Positions 26,704 through 40,459 of a stretch of 64,000 nucleotides of DNA are shown here, in pieces (positions within the stretch are counted from its first letter, which is position 1; each line of letters opens with the position of its first letter). The translations under genes were made by a program, and so were the position numbers. The notes under the pieces are model-generated. The model searched no databases and had not been told where the DNA came from. It saw only the letters and a program-made list of their open reading frames with translations. This DNA is from Octopus sinensis (taxonomy: Eukaryota), in contig NC_043003.1 of NCBI RefSeq assembly GCF_006345805.1, positions 23,126,001 through 23,190,000 on the forward strand, in the 5' to 3' direction.

Positions 26704-27695
26704 GATAATAACATAAATTGCAACAACACAATGGGGTAAATCTGTTCTAAACTATCTGAACCTCTTCTAATCGTTTTGGACGAATTCGATTTTGCTATAA
26801 TTTTGATTATAACTAACAAATTCCTAGTTAAAAAAGCAACTATTAAAGTCAGGTACAAACTGTGTAAGAGGATTATGGCCGTCCACTTACATTATTGCCA
26901 AATTTAAATGTATGTATTTCTATTTGAAAATGTGCGGCACTATTGTAAAATATGAAAGCAAACAACATTTGTTTTTCTCAAAATGATAATCAATTCTATG
27001 TTTGATGTTATGTTCTACATACTGGTAAATCATTCCCAGCTGTTATATTTCACAAGTGAATATTTCCTGCAGTAAAGATTGTTTAAATAAGTCACATATT
27101 TCTGATTATTGTTCTTTACTCCAGGTCAGACGAAATCGAACAGATTTAAGCTGAAAGGACTTGCAGTCGCGACCAACAAGTCTTTCTTTAAACATCAGAG
27201 AAAGTATTGCCCAAAGTAATCCTTCAATTTTAAGGTGGTAAGTGCAGTCAGAAGGAAATTTGATTACTGTTTCTATTCATGGGGAGACTGGCTGCTATTT
27301 CTTCCTGATAGAGTGACTAGATTGAAACTCCTCAGTTGCTTTGATTTTAGGCGATTTAATTGCTACCTATAACAAATCGAACAACTATTTAGAGCGTTGA
27401 TTTTTAGTTTGTCGGATTCAAGAACTGGTGAGTGGTGAGTGGAAAGACCATTAAACGCATAATATATGCTTTCCGAGAGTTCTCCATTACATCAGATATC
27501 GCAGACGAGTGCACTGGAAACGATACATGTCACTCCTATACAAGATGATTCATATACGACCTAAATCTCCGTCAAATTTCCACCATATGAAAAAACACAT
27601 TAGATAATGTAGAGCCCGGTACACTGTCGATGAGTTAAGCAAGGCTTTTGATAACTCTAGAGTGTAGAGTGTAGATAATATCGAGTAGAATTAGA

Positions 27696-27820
27696 GCAGC
27701 GAGCAGGTAGAATCGTTAGCACGCCGGGCGAAATGCTTAGCGGTATTTCGTCTGTCGCTACGTTCTGAGTTCAGATTCTGCTGAGGTCGACTTTGCCTTT
27801 CATCCTTTCGGAGTCGATTA
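27696..27820 (+). mobile_element. SINE family 2, 3'-truncated
   Basis: gaatcgttagcacgccgggcgaaatgcttagcggtatttcg...gtcgactttgcctttcatcc. Confidence 0.85.
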
Positions 27821-28261
27821 GATGTATAATCGTCTTGATGACATTAAGTGTGTAGGCTTTAAAAGTTTTGAAGTGTCTGTTAAACATATAGTACAAAACC
27901 TGCACAATTTCTGTCCGTCAAATTCTATTCACAAGCTCAGACTTTGACCTAGCCTAACGGGTCGAGCGGTTACATTGGACAAGTAACCAATCATACATGC
28001 TTCTTAACTGTCCATATATTTCTAAGCTATATATGTGATTTAATTTAAGCTGCATTGCAGAGACTGTGGCCATTGCGGGTCACTCTTTCGACAGAATTAT
28101 TTAACATTTATTTTAACTAGCTACAGAAACTTTATATTCTTCATATCTTTAAAATCTGTATATTAATCTATATCTATATATTGCACAACAGAGGAATTTT
28201 ATCAGATGTGTACTAGAATTAGAATCAATACAGGTCAGGGCGTTTTGTATCAGGATCAAAA

Positions 28262-28504
28262 AAGTAAAGTTCCTTCCGAAGTCATACAGACTCGTAAGGC
28301 AGGTTTCTCGGTTTCCGTGGCATATAAATTCACCATTGGACGGGACGGAGAAGGATTACTGACATTTGCCAGCTGAATGGACTGGACTAACGTGAAATGA
28401 AGTGTTTTGATCAAGAACAGAACACGTTTCCCGGCCCAGTAATAGAAACCACAGTCTTGCAATCATGAGTCCAACACCCTAACCACTAAGCTACGTGTCT
28501 CCAC
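28262..28504 (-). mobile_element. SINE family 3, diverged
   Basis: Reverse complement gives the tRNA-like head gtggagacacgtagcttagtggttagggtg and the family tail. Confidence 0.7.
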
Positions 28505-29500
28505 TAAAGCAGGACAAAGAAAATGATAATTTCAAATGCTTAACTACTTGTCTCATAGCTTCATATATCTATCGTATATTTCATTGAATTAAACTATAGA
28601 GTACGCTTAACTTATTCTCTTTACATAGTCACACTGTCAATATTTTCATTTGGTATACAAAACTGTCAGTGCAAAAACATTTGTTTCTTCTTTACAGGAC
28701 TTATATATGTTTTGCAAAAAAAGGAATATTCTTAACTTATATCAAGAGAGAGGGTTAAAGATAACATCACGCTCTGAAGGTGATCAAACATATCCTAATT
28801 TATCAACCGTGATAGACACTCCAGAAAATATTTGTATCTATAATGGTGAGAGTTACAATTGTCTTGATTACCATATTTAGTCACCTTATGTATCATTTAT
28901 GTAACGAGTGCGATTGTATTTGACAACCCATTCACTATCTCATGCCTAATGAATAGAAACAAGAGACTATTCATAGGTATGTTACTAGAGCAACTGAGAT
29001 TTAGCACACCAGCCTGGGATGGTAGAAAATAGAATCAGAGGATGAAGAACTATCACAAACTATTCTGGTCTTCTGATTAGTTGAAACCTATCAAATTCAG
29101 TGAAATATTTACAGAAGGTGAATCACCCACTTTAGGTTTCTTTAGACCTATTATTTACCCGGAATCCACCAAGAAAATCGTATTGTTTTAGGCAATAACA
29201 ATAATGTAAACAGAAAGAATGTCTAGGCGTACAGAATTCTTAGAGCAAAGAATTAAATTCCTTTGCGAAATTTAATTACATAGCTATTCGTTATGAGTTT
29301 AAATTCAGTCAAAATCGATTGCCTTTTTTAATTTTATGATGGTGAGTTTTGATCGGTAGGAACTCTCACAAATTTGTGACATTGTGCCAATTTAGAAAAC
29401 AATTATTATGAATTACAGACTTTTGTCTTCCGTGCTCATGACTTAGTGTTTGCTTCTTCCATGGGTATAAGTTGGTATTTCATTTATTTCTTTGCCGCAT

Positions 29501-29561
29501 TTATCACTGACGAAGAGAAGGTTCTTATGAATTAACTCTGAAATCGGATCCGATATGATAA
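29501..29561 (+). ncRNA. Type I hammerhead ribozyme (canonical core)
   Basis: UUAUCA-CUGACGA-AGAG[aaGGUUC uuau GAAUUaa]CUCU-GAA-AUCGGAUCCGAU-A-UGAUAA: 6-bp stem I, 12-nt palindromic stem III, AUA triplet. Confidence 0.85.
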
Positions 29562-29789
29562 TAACAGAATTTTTTAGAAATTTTTGTCGGGTTTCTTCGA
29601 GACGTGTGCTTATAGTGATGAATTATATGGTTATGGACGTTGTGTCTAGTTTCGGCATATTTGGCATTGAATTTTTTTTCTTTTGCCCTTGTTTATAGGT
29701 TGTTTATAAATTCAACCTTTAAAGGTATTTTTCAATATGCTGGCCATTGATAAAATTTTTTTCGAAAGGTTTTATCCTATATTAGATGT

Positions 29790-29830
<41 letters not shown>

Positions 29831-30499
29831 AAAAGATTTCGTCAGATTTTGGATAATTATTTTTTAAGCTCCTTCTGTTGATTTTCCGAAACAAGATGAA
29901 AACGGTTAATAGGTAACTGTCCAAAAGGCTGAAGTAGCTCGCGTACAATTGGTTGCCTCCGTGTGAATGATACAAATTTAAAAATCTAAAGATGTATTCA
30001 CCAAATATGTTGACAGTCAATGTTCTATGAAATAACCAATGTCTGACCCACATGTAGTTCAACCTTGGCTGTTGTTCAAACAAAAATATATTGATGTCTC
30101 GAAGATTAAAGCAGAAATGAAAATATATAAACAAACACATAAACAAACAAACAAACAAAAGCGCCTTTCTTTCTTCAGTCGGCATTCTTCGCTCTTTGAT
30201 CACACTAAATACAATTTCATACACCGATGCAAGTTAGTTTCCTTGCATAAAAAAAAAAGAAAAAGAAATATTAAATTAAAAAGAAAACACTAGGTAAACA
30301 GAAATACGTCTTTGATAACTGTAAAGTACAACATTTCTCTCAGCACGACGACGGAAAGATGCGAAATAAAACGTTGAAATGTTGGAACTTCTTAAATTTC
30401 TACTTTACTAAGCAGACATCCTAACTCCATCTGACAGTAGTAGCATGAGATCTTAAGTTATCTGCTTCAACTGATTTCTCTTTTTCTATTCTTTATCCT

Positions 30500-30840
30500 T
30501 CACCTCTTTCTTTCTTTCTTTTTTTCTTTCTTTCTTTCTTTCTGCAACTCGTCGTCTTCAGCCTCGTCCTCCCGCCCTTCTAAACTTTTCCTTCCTCGTC
30601 CACCTCGCCACCATCTTCTTCTTCTTCTTCTTCTTCTTCTTCTTCTTCTCTTCTTCTTCTTCTTCTTCTTCTTCTTCTTCTTCTTCTTTTTCTTTTTCTT
30701 CTTCTTCTTCTTCTTATTCTTCTTCTTCTTCCTTATCATCGTTCTTCTCCTTATCTTCCTTCTTCCCTACTCAATCATCATCATCATCATCATCATCCTC
30801 ATCATCAACATCATCATCAGCAGCAGCAGCAGCGACAGCA
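30500..30840. repeat. Polypyrimidine (CTT)n/(CTTT)n plus (CAT)n/(CAG)n tract
   Basis: Direct read. Confidence 0.9.
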
Positions 30841-31092
30841 GCTTCTTTTCCACCGTCTTTCTTTCTCCGTCTTCTTCTCCCTCTTTTTCTTCTCCTCAAT
30901 CTCACTTCTCGATAACTATTTATTCGCTACCATCAGAAACATTGTTTGCAAAGGAAGGCTTCTGTCCAAAATGTTAAATGTTTCTTCTTCCTCACACAAA
31001 ACCAATTTATTCTAATTTATATTTCTGTTTAAACACTCTAATTGCCATCACAGCTCAACACTAGTTTCCTCGCATCCTACCGTTTCCTTTAG

Positions 31093-31130
31093 CTACCTTG
31101 CATACAGACAAATGCAAAATGTAAATACAG
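31093..31130 (+). other. Candidate 38-bp exon
   Basis: Pyrimidine-rich ...ccgtttcctttAG acceptor, AG|GTAAGT donor at 31131 and an upstream CTAAT branch-like motif; no homology evidence. Confidence 0.3.
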
Positions 31131-33604
31131 GTAAGTACAAAAGTACCGAGAATCCATATTAAAGGTTTTCAAATACTACAGAAATATCCAAGCGTTTGTA
31201 AGCTCACCCCTTTTATTTGGGAGGGAAACTAGGGTTCATGGCACTTTATAGTGTTTGCGAGGTTAATGTGAAGCAGGGAGAATGATAACCCCAAATATGA
31301 GACCTGATTTGGATGTTTGCAACAGTGTGGACTTCGCTAAATGTTTTCTAGATGGCAGATGGTGATTCTTAAGTGAACGATGAGTTATATCCACCTTCAA
31401 TTTAGGCCACAGCCGGATTTGAACAGAGAACGAAAAGAGCTGAAATAAATACTGCAAGGCTTCTAGGCTTTTGCACCCACCGACTAAAATAGTTACTTTT
31501 TATTGAACCCGAAAAAAGTTGTAAGGTAAATTTGACCTAAGGACGTTTACGTAATTTAAAAGAAATCCACCTCGGCATATCACTAGTATTTCATTTTGCA
31601 AAATATAAAAATAATAAAGACGATGTTGGGAACATAATCGTATATCCGATTTGAGAGTCAGTGACCGCATTGCTGGAAAGTATCACCATGATTCGGATCA
31701 AAATTTATCGTGATATAATGTAGGACAACAGGCATATTTGAATATTGAATTATCATTTTTTTCATAGGGGACAAATCCGATTACCCTAGATTTTATCTCG
31801 ACTAAAAGACGCATAATAAAAAAAAAACAGTTACAAAACTTCAATGAATGTAATTCACATTAAATATTAGCAACACAGTAAGAAAGCTTTAAGTACACAT
31901 ACATTTGTTTTCATTCAGTTTATCAATTCTACCTCTTAAAATCATTCTAAGCTCTTATATTTTGTCAGTGGAAAATTTTGTGGAGAAAATTGTGCAAATA
32001 ACTGACATAGTTTTTTGTTTCTGGTTGACTTCAGTCGAGAAGATTTTTATGATTAAAGACATTTTAGCAGCCGTGTCCTGTGTTTTTGTATATCAGAAAA
32101 TAAATCGTCTAGTGTAATCCTTTATTTGTGATTTGAAGTGGGTGATTAGAAGTAAGTTTGGCTATTATTTCTAATAGGTCAAGGGACTAAACCAAGATTC
32201 CCTTCCTTGACTTGAACTGAAAGTGGTATGTCGATTATTTCTGTCTAGTTGGGAAGCAAAGATTCTCTGGTGGTCTCAATTTTAGGGAAATTTGACTGTT
32301 TTATCTTTCAGGTCAAGCTACGATGCAGAGTAGTTTAGATTTAAAAGAGAATTGGTTGTAATATGTTGCAGATCGAAAGATCGAGTCAACACTCAGCCGT
32401 TGATGGCTCTGCTCGTAAGGCAATATGTCAATAAATTTGTCAGTTGAAATACGTCTGACGTATGAAAGGACCTTTCAGAAACATGGGTGACGAATAAGCT
32501 GATAACGTATTTTCCGAGACTGTTTCACAATGGTAAACATCTTACAAAGATATACTTCAAAGATTACATCCCAACCATGGACTGCTTCTGAATTAGAAAC
32601 TGCTAAATCTCGCTCAAATTACACACTATTGTCCAAGAAAAGGAAATATCAGATAAAGTAATTTTTCGTGCACTATTATAGGAAATAGCCTGTAGTCGAA
32701 CTGCCAATGAAATAGATTCGCTGTAGCCGTATAGTTGCATAAATTTTAGCAAAATGTGCCTTCTTTCAGCATTTATTAGAGATATTTGTTTTGCTGTGTC
32801 ATTTGTATAACCATGTGTAATTTTTTTCCCATTCTGCAACTACAATTCTATCATTGCTTAGACTGTTGTCACTGCTGATGTTTACTTCCAGTTCAGCTGC
32901 GGTTGAGTAGATCTATGGTTAACAGCATCAGAGACGATCAACAACATCGGATATTTTACAAGATACGGCGATATTATCTAACACATTCTGTACTGAAAAC
33001 AGTAAGGTGAATTTTGAGTGAAATTTAGCAGCTATTTTCGAAAGGCTGCATAAATACGAAACATCAAAATTTCACACAGTTATGAAAAAGAGGATGATAC
33101 CTAGTTGGGGCAGAGGTAAAGTTTAAATGATTTCTAATTATTTATCAGATTCAAAGAAAATTTAAGATGATTTATGAGAGACAAAGTGTATCAGCAATAT
33201 TTTACTATTATGAAGCCATCGAAAATAGTTCTACATGGAATAGAAATATATTTAATTGACAACCGATTCTGTAAATTGCGTGATAAATGCATTGCCACGC
33301 AATACTAAATTTCTAATTAAGTGTAATTGTGTATAAATTATAGAATTGTGGCTGCAACTTATCTCTGTCTCCATCAATTCTTTTAATTAACATATATACA
33401 TACATTCATACGTACATACATACATAATACATACACCGGCATATAGAGAGAGATACATAAATATATGTATATAGAGATGAATAAATATATATACCTTAAT
33501 GTATATACATACACCTGTATACACACATATGTATATATATATGTTTGTGTGTGTATACACATACACAGATATATATGTATACACATACACAGATATATAT
33601 ATAT

Positions 33605-33811
33605 CGCCATGTTGATTCGTTAGCTACTGCACGCATTTTTTTCTCTCCTTCTTTCTGTGTTTTCTCTCTCTGTGTATCTTTCTGTTGAAGAGCGTAGGCT
33701 CGAAACGTTAAAGACTTGTTTTATTTATATTTCCTGAGCGCCATACTAATACAATTGTTCGTTGTTTTCCACCTGCCTTCGTCTTTGTTTATTTTCATAA
33801 AGCTTCCCGTT
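33605..33811 (+). mobile_element. ~200-bp non-autonomous element carrying a variant HHR (copy 2)
   Basis: Aligns with the reverse complement of 16043-16243; flanked by TA-rich tracts. Confidence 0.75.
33677..33714 (+). ncRNA. Variant type I hammerhead-like motif (CUGUUGA-A core)
   Basis: UCUUU-CUGUUGA-A-GAGC(GUAG)GCUC-GAA-ACGU-U-AAAGA. Confidence 0.6.
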
Positions 33812-33861
33812 ATATATATATATATACATACATAGACAGATAAACTGACATAATAACATAT

Positions 33862-33943
<82 letters not shown>

Positions 33944-34164
33944 ATGTATGTCTGTGCATATATATATGTTATATATGCACATACATATATATATATATAT
34001 ATATAAATATAAATGTATATGTTTTTATGTCAGTTTATCTGTCTATGTATGTATGTATGTATGTATGTATGTATATATATATATATTATATATATTATAA
34101 TATATATATATAAATGTGCTAGCAGTTTCTTGTTGAACAAATATGAACTCTTCCACTTAATCTA

Positions 34165-34545
34165 GGAATCAGGATGAGACCCACAGGAGTTCAAAGACGC
34201 TTTCATTGTCCATTTTTATGATTACAAAGATAACATGTGAATGTGACAACCATAGAGTTATCTCCCTTTTGTGTGTTGCTGGGAAGATCCTCGGATGGAT
34301 TATCTTATATATACTAAATGATACCCTTGCCAGTTTAGTGTTGCCTGAATCTTAGTGTGGATTTCGGGCTGATAGAAGCACAGTGGATACGATTTTTAGC
34401 CGAAAGCAGCTGCAGGAAAATGCTCGTGAACACAACCGAGACTTGTCACTTTTGTAGGTAGATCTAACAAAAGCTTTCGACACCGTATCTAGAGATGCTT
34501 TTTGGGTTGTCCTTAGAAAGCTAGGTGTTCCAGAAATAATATCTA
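34165..34545 (+). mobile_element. RTE (BovB-like) LINE RT fragment
   Basis: CDNHRVISLLCVAGKIL...LPES*CGFRADRSTVDTIF..QLQE...VDLTKAFDTVSR...LRKLGVP. Confidence 0.88.
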
Positions 34546-34689
34546 GACATCCTTGTTACTTATTTGCTTTTTATTCACCTAACCTTGAGATATGCGGACA
34601 ATACAGGACTTGCGTGGGGCCTCACTGAATCTTAATTATTTCTTATATATATATATATATAGAGAGAGAGAGATTTGAGGCCAACAAAA

Positions 34690-35010
34690 GTCAGGCATGG
34701 TGTACACAAAAAGGTCATTGTCATTCTCCTTCTCGGCTGTTAGATTATTCCTGAGATCTCTTTTGAGTCTTACTTGTGCTATACTGGCCTCTTCATACGA
34801 TTTCACTCCACTCCACACCTTTTTTGCGCCATCCAACTCGATCCGAAGCAAGGGTTTTTATATCTTCTCGAATCATTCCTAGGGATTACATGGCAGTCCT
34901 TGTGCCGTCCTTAACCTTTTTTAGGTTTACCCGATAGAGTTTTCCGTCTGCAAGCTCACAATAAAGCAGGTGTTTCGGCATGCGTTTATCAGCCCTTCCA
35001 ACACTATGGC
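34690..35010 (-). mobile_element. RTE LINE C-terminal fragment
   Basis: RMPKHLLYCELADGK...LASDRVGWRKKVWSGVKSYEEASIAQVRLKR. Confidence 0.75.
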
Positions 35011-35342
35011 TACACTATCTCAATTGGTTCCTCAAAATCATAGCTTTAATTGATGCCTGCAGATGCAAGGACATCAATGTTTGGAGTAAAAAAAATCCAT
35101 TTAATTGTTATAATGCTATGAAGGCATTTTTGGTGTAATTGTTCTAACAATTTAAAATGCCTTTCATAACAAGCCCATGTTTCACAAGAATACAGCAGGG
35201 ATGGTAAGATAAATGATTTGTAAAGAGCCAGCTTTGAATTCTTATTTATGTCTGGTAGCTCTCGAGTGCTACTGGTAACATGTAATCCAGTACAACCTGT
35301 CGCATGGTCGGGTTGTCGGCGATTAAACTGGCAACCTCACCA

Positions 35343-35636
<294 letters not shown>

Positions 35637-36794
35637 AGGAATATATTCCTAACTGTTTGCTTTATAAGAAACTGAAACTTCTCGAATCGCTTCTCGTTGA
35701 CAATTATTCAGAGGAATTTTATTATACATGTTTACTTGAGAATACATGTGCATATACTTTGTATGTATGTACATACGTACACTTTTATGTTCACAGTTTT
35801 CCATCAATATCGAGAACATTAGCACATTATTAAAAACAAATTCGCGATTTTAAGATGGTTTACGGACTCTATATTCTAATATATAAGATGCCATGAAATT
35901 TATAATGAATAGGAGAATATTGAAATATTTTCAAGGTACTTCTCAAACGCCTACTTTCCATTAATAAAACACGCTCTTGTACACTACACAATTTTAATGA
36001 GTTTAATGTTGCTCTTCTTTCTGTTTATTGGTCTGTTTATCTTTAAGTTTGATGCAAATTTGTTGCCAAGCTATTTCACTAGCAATTTTCGCTTTCCATT
36101 TCTTGCCAATCGGAAAGGAACACAAATTATAGAAAGCATTTAATTGAGTCATTTAATGCATTTATTTGCTAGGGGAATATCATAATTATCAGTTGAAGGG
36201 TGATTATCATATTTTAGCTTCTATTGCCTCCAAATGTGAACTGCTACTTTTTTTTTAACGTCATTATTTCGTAACATAAATTATCACAAAGCTATACAGC
36301 TCTGTTTTCGTTATTTTTATATAAAAAAAAAGAAATCTGCCTTTCGGTTACTTTCTCATTAAATCATTTATTCATATCATATAATTACGTCAACAAACGT
36401 CTGTATAATAAGAATGGGATAACAACGTATGACTTGAAAATAATGAGTGAGTTTATAAATCAATTTAAGAAGGTGCACATGGATTAATGTGTGTGTGTGT
36501 AAACATCTCTTATGAGATCACATGCATTGTAAATTTATATGCTCTAACTGCCGCTCTGATGTTTAAACTTCGAGGATTCTTCATTCTTGTGTGGGTTCAT
36601 AGCACGTAGATGTTTTCAAAGTTTTTACATAGTGAAATATCGCAGTACTAATACACCTGAAATCTTTCAATACAACTACACAAGCATACGCCAAGACGCC
36701 AAGTAACGCTTATAACTGAGTGCAAACTGCTACGGAGTAAATGACCAGTCACTTTATGGAAAGGGAACTGTAGAAGTATGTACATAGAAGTATG

Positions 36795-37101
36795 TTTGTT
36801 TGTTCCTTCTCAAGCCATGTCTGGTTCATAAGGGCCTGTTTCCCGGTTTCCTTGGCGTATAGGTTCCCCACCCGGAGCGGACGCCGGTCCGTCGCAGGTG
36901 AGCTGCAAGATGCAGGAGGAAGGAGTGAGAGAAAGTTGTGGCGAAAGAGTCCGCAGAATTTTGGCATTACTTTCTACCGGAGCCGCGTGGAGCTTAGGAG
37001 TTTCACTCATAAACACACACACCACCCGGTCTGAGATTCGAGCCTGCGATCCCTCGACCGCAAGTCCGCTGCTCTAACCACTAGGCCATGTGCCTCCACA
37101 T
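36795..37101 (-). mobile_element. SINE family 4 (tRNA head; 3' tail related to family 3) with a 12-bp TSD
   Basis: Head tggaggcacatggcctagtggttagagc; TSD catagaagtatg / catagacgtatg at 36783-36794 and 37102-37113. Confidence 0.9.
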
Positions 37102-37453
37102 CATAGACGTATGAGGAAAAGAGAGCTGCAAATGTACCATACTTTTACGTGCACTCGCGCTCGCACAGAGACAGACAGATAAACATAGACACACACGCAT
37201 ACACTTATGCAGACGACAATTAGCTTGCGTGTATATGTGTGTGTGCACGAGGGCGTGGAAGTGTGTGAATATGTGTATTAATCATTAGCTTTGCTATGTG
37301 TGGGAACAAAAGAGGATTTTTGCGGGAAAAAAACTAACAGTTTATCTAAAGTTATAATTGACTACAATAAACTCTTACCTTAGTTTCAGTGAATTGCTTA
37401 ATTCAATCAATTCCGTTTTGCTGCATGGTAAATATGTAATTCAGTACGCCCTG

Positions 37454-37542
<89 letters not shown>

Positions 37543-37650
37543 ACATACATATATAAACTCATATATACATATATACACACTCATATGTATATACATATAT
37601 GTATATATATCATATATGTGTGAGAGTATGTGTGTGTGTTTATGTATCCG

Positions 37651-37681
<31 letters not shown>

Positions 37682-38277
37682 AACTTATAAATCAAACATT
37701 TAAAATATCGTATTGATCTGTAATGATCTTTAACACTTGATGGTTGTTTCCACGGAGTCAGTTAGTTCAGCTTTAAAGTCAATAGTATTGCATAGCCGAA
37801 TCAAATGATAGGTGATAGAAAAGCCTACATACGCACATACACGCATGCACATGTAAGCACATACACGCACATACAAATACACATACACACAGACACACCC
37901 CAAATACACTCATACACACACACCCAAGTACTCACAAACCCACCCGCAGACACACACGCAACATAACATACAAAATAACACACAGATATATGTACGAGTG
38001 CGTGCTAGTTCCTGCCTTCGGGTAAAAACAAAACATACAAGAGAATCTGTTCATAAAACACTTGTCCGACATATTCCCGTTCCGGACTCATACACTTATT
38101 GCAGCAGTCCTTCAAATTTTCTAAGCCCTGTAAAATACTCGGAATCTGGGCCTACAACCAAGCCCTTCGCGATAGCTTTAAACCCAAGAACTTTTCAGCA
38201 CCATCTCGTATGTATGTATGTATGTATGTATGTATGTATGTATGTATGTATGTATGTATGTATGTATGTATGTATGT

Positions 38278-38332
<55 letters not shown>

Positions 38333-38606
38333 GTGTCTGCATGCATGTGTGTATATATAATATATATATATATGTATGTATACTTATGTGTGCATGTGTA
38401 CGTGTGTCTGTGTATGCATGTGTGTATGTTATGTTTTACACAGTCCCCTTCTTTTATACGGATATGCAAATGCTTGTATATCTGCGGTTGTAGCTGTGTG
38501 ATAGGAGGATGTATATTTATATATACATATATCTGTATACATATGTACTTATATGCATATTCGTATATACGCTGAATGTGAATGTATGCCTGTATATATG
38601 TATGTG

Positions 38607-38673
<67 letters not shown>

Positions 38674-38688
38674 GAATATGTTTATATG

Positions 38689-38852
38689 CTGGTGTGTTTA
38701 TGTCCCCGTGACTTAACGGTTCGTCAAAAAAGACCGATAGAATAAGTACCAGGCTTACAAAGAATAGGTCCTGGGATCGATTTGCTCGACTAAAGGCGGT
38801 GCTCCATCATGGCTGCAGTCAAATGACTGAAACAAGTAAAAGAGTAAAAGAG
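38689..38852 (+). mobile_element. SINE family 1 tail, preceded by an expanded microsatellite
   Basis: gtgtttatgtccccgtgacttaacggttcg...gaaacaagtaaaagagtaaaagag. Confidence 0.85.
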
Positions 38853-40312
38853 TTATTCTTTTCCATGTTTCTGTCATTGCACTGTGGTCATGCTAGTATA
38901 CCATCTTTAAGCGCTTAATTGAAGAAAATCAACCCAAGTCATACTCTTTTTAAATACAGTATATTTCTCCATCAGTCTCTTTTGCAGAAACCCTAGTTAT
39001 GGGGTCGCAAACAAACAGTGTTCGTAAACAGGAATGAAAACAAACACAAATATATAAAGACATACGCGAAACCACGCACGCAGAAACACACACACACACA
39101 CACATACACACACAAACACATACACACGCACAAAGACACACACACAAGCACGCACATGCACACACGCGCGCACATACCTGTTCAATGGCCATTTTTTCTT
39201 CCAGTTTCTTACAACTAAAATCAGTCACAAAACATTGATCGGCCCGGATTTACGGCAGAAGACACTTGTGACGCTTGCCCAGTCAAATTGAACGCAAACC
39301 GCCTGTTTGCTTGTCGAACTTCGTAACTACAAAGCCAAATGTTTATTAAGGTTCTGCTTCATCAATAAGGAAAGTTGATTTATACTCTCATTTCATTATA
39401 CTTATCACTGAATTCAATCTGAAAACAATATTATTAGTGGACAGGAATTTTATAAATTCACTATGGATGTGGTTTTCTGTTTTCGAAATAACTTCAAAAT
39501 TGAAAATGTTATTTTCTAAATACAGCGAAAAATCAAGATTTCTGGTTATTTCTATTTTTACGAGTTTCAAATCATCAGAAACCAAATATGAATGATACAT
39601 ATACATATATACACACATACATCCATATAACTAATACAGTGACAGACACTGACGTGTGTGTGAGTCTGTGTGTCTGTGTGAGTGATTATATCGTTAGAGA
39701 GTATTTTGTAATTATATATTTTGCTACGTAATGAATATTATGTTTTTAGAAAATCTTATTTTCCATTTTATTACTTCGTGTATCAGATTACAAAAATTGC
39801 TGACACTTCAGTTCTGTGCTACATTTACATTTAAATTCATATCTTATACATACACATGTCTATATATGTACTTATGAGTGTGTTGTCATTATACATACAT
39901 ACACACACACATATATACATATTTATATATATATATTTATATATATATGTAGATATGCATATACGTAGTTATGCATATACATATATGTGGATGTAAATGC
40001 TTATGTTTATGCATATATGTAGATATATGTCTGTCATACTGTCGACTAGGTTGCTCAAAATCAAATTTCAACGTCCAGTAAAATTATATTATATGTAGAA
40101 ATAATTGGAGGATTGTTTCATGTTCGAAATAACAGATTGGTAACAAAGTAATAAGTAAAAAAATGGATAAAAACAGCAGACAGAGTTAGGCGTAAATGAA
40201 ATATAGTCGCCATACTTCTACACGTTACGGCTTGATTGGATGAAAACTTTACCTTATTGTCTAGTAAATATGAAAATAAAGTGTAGGTTGGGAAAATATT
40301 TATGTATATATG

Positions 40313-40347
<35 letters not shown>

Positions 40348-40384
40348 ATGCATATATATATATGTATACATATGTATATATGTA

Positions 40385-40427
<43 letters not shown>

Positions 40428-40459
40428 CAAGGTAGAAAATGCTAAAATAATTTCATCAA

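Noticed and set aside
38099-38200. KILGIW-like L1/Tx1 RT motif
   Set aside because: A single short motif with no supporting context.
39550-39585. Minus-strand CUGAUGA-UUU-GAAACUCGUA
   Set aside because: Stem II is absent and stem I is only 3 bp; could be chance or a deleted HHR.
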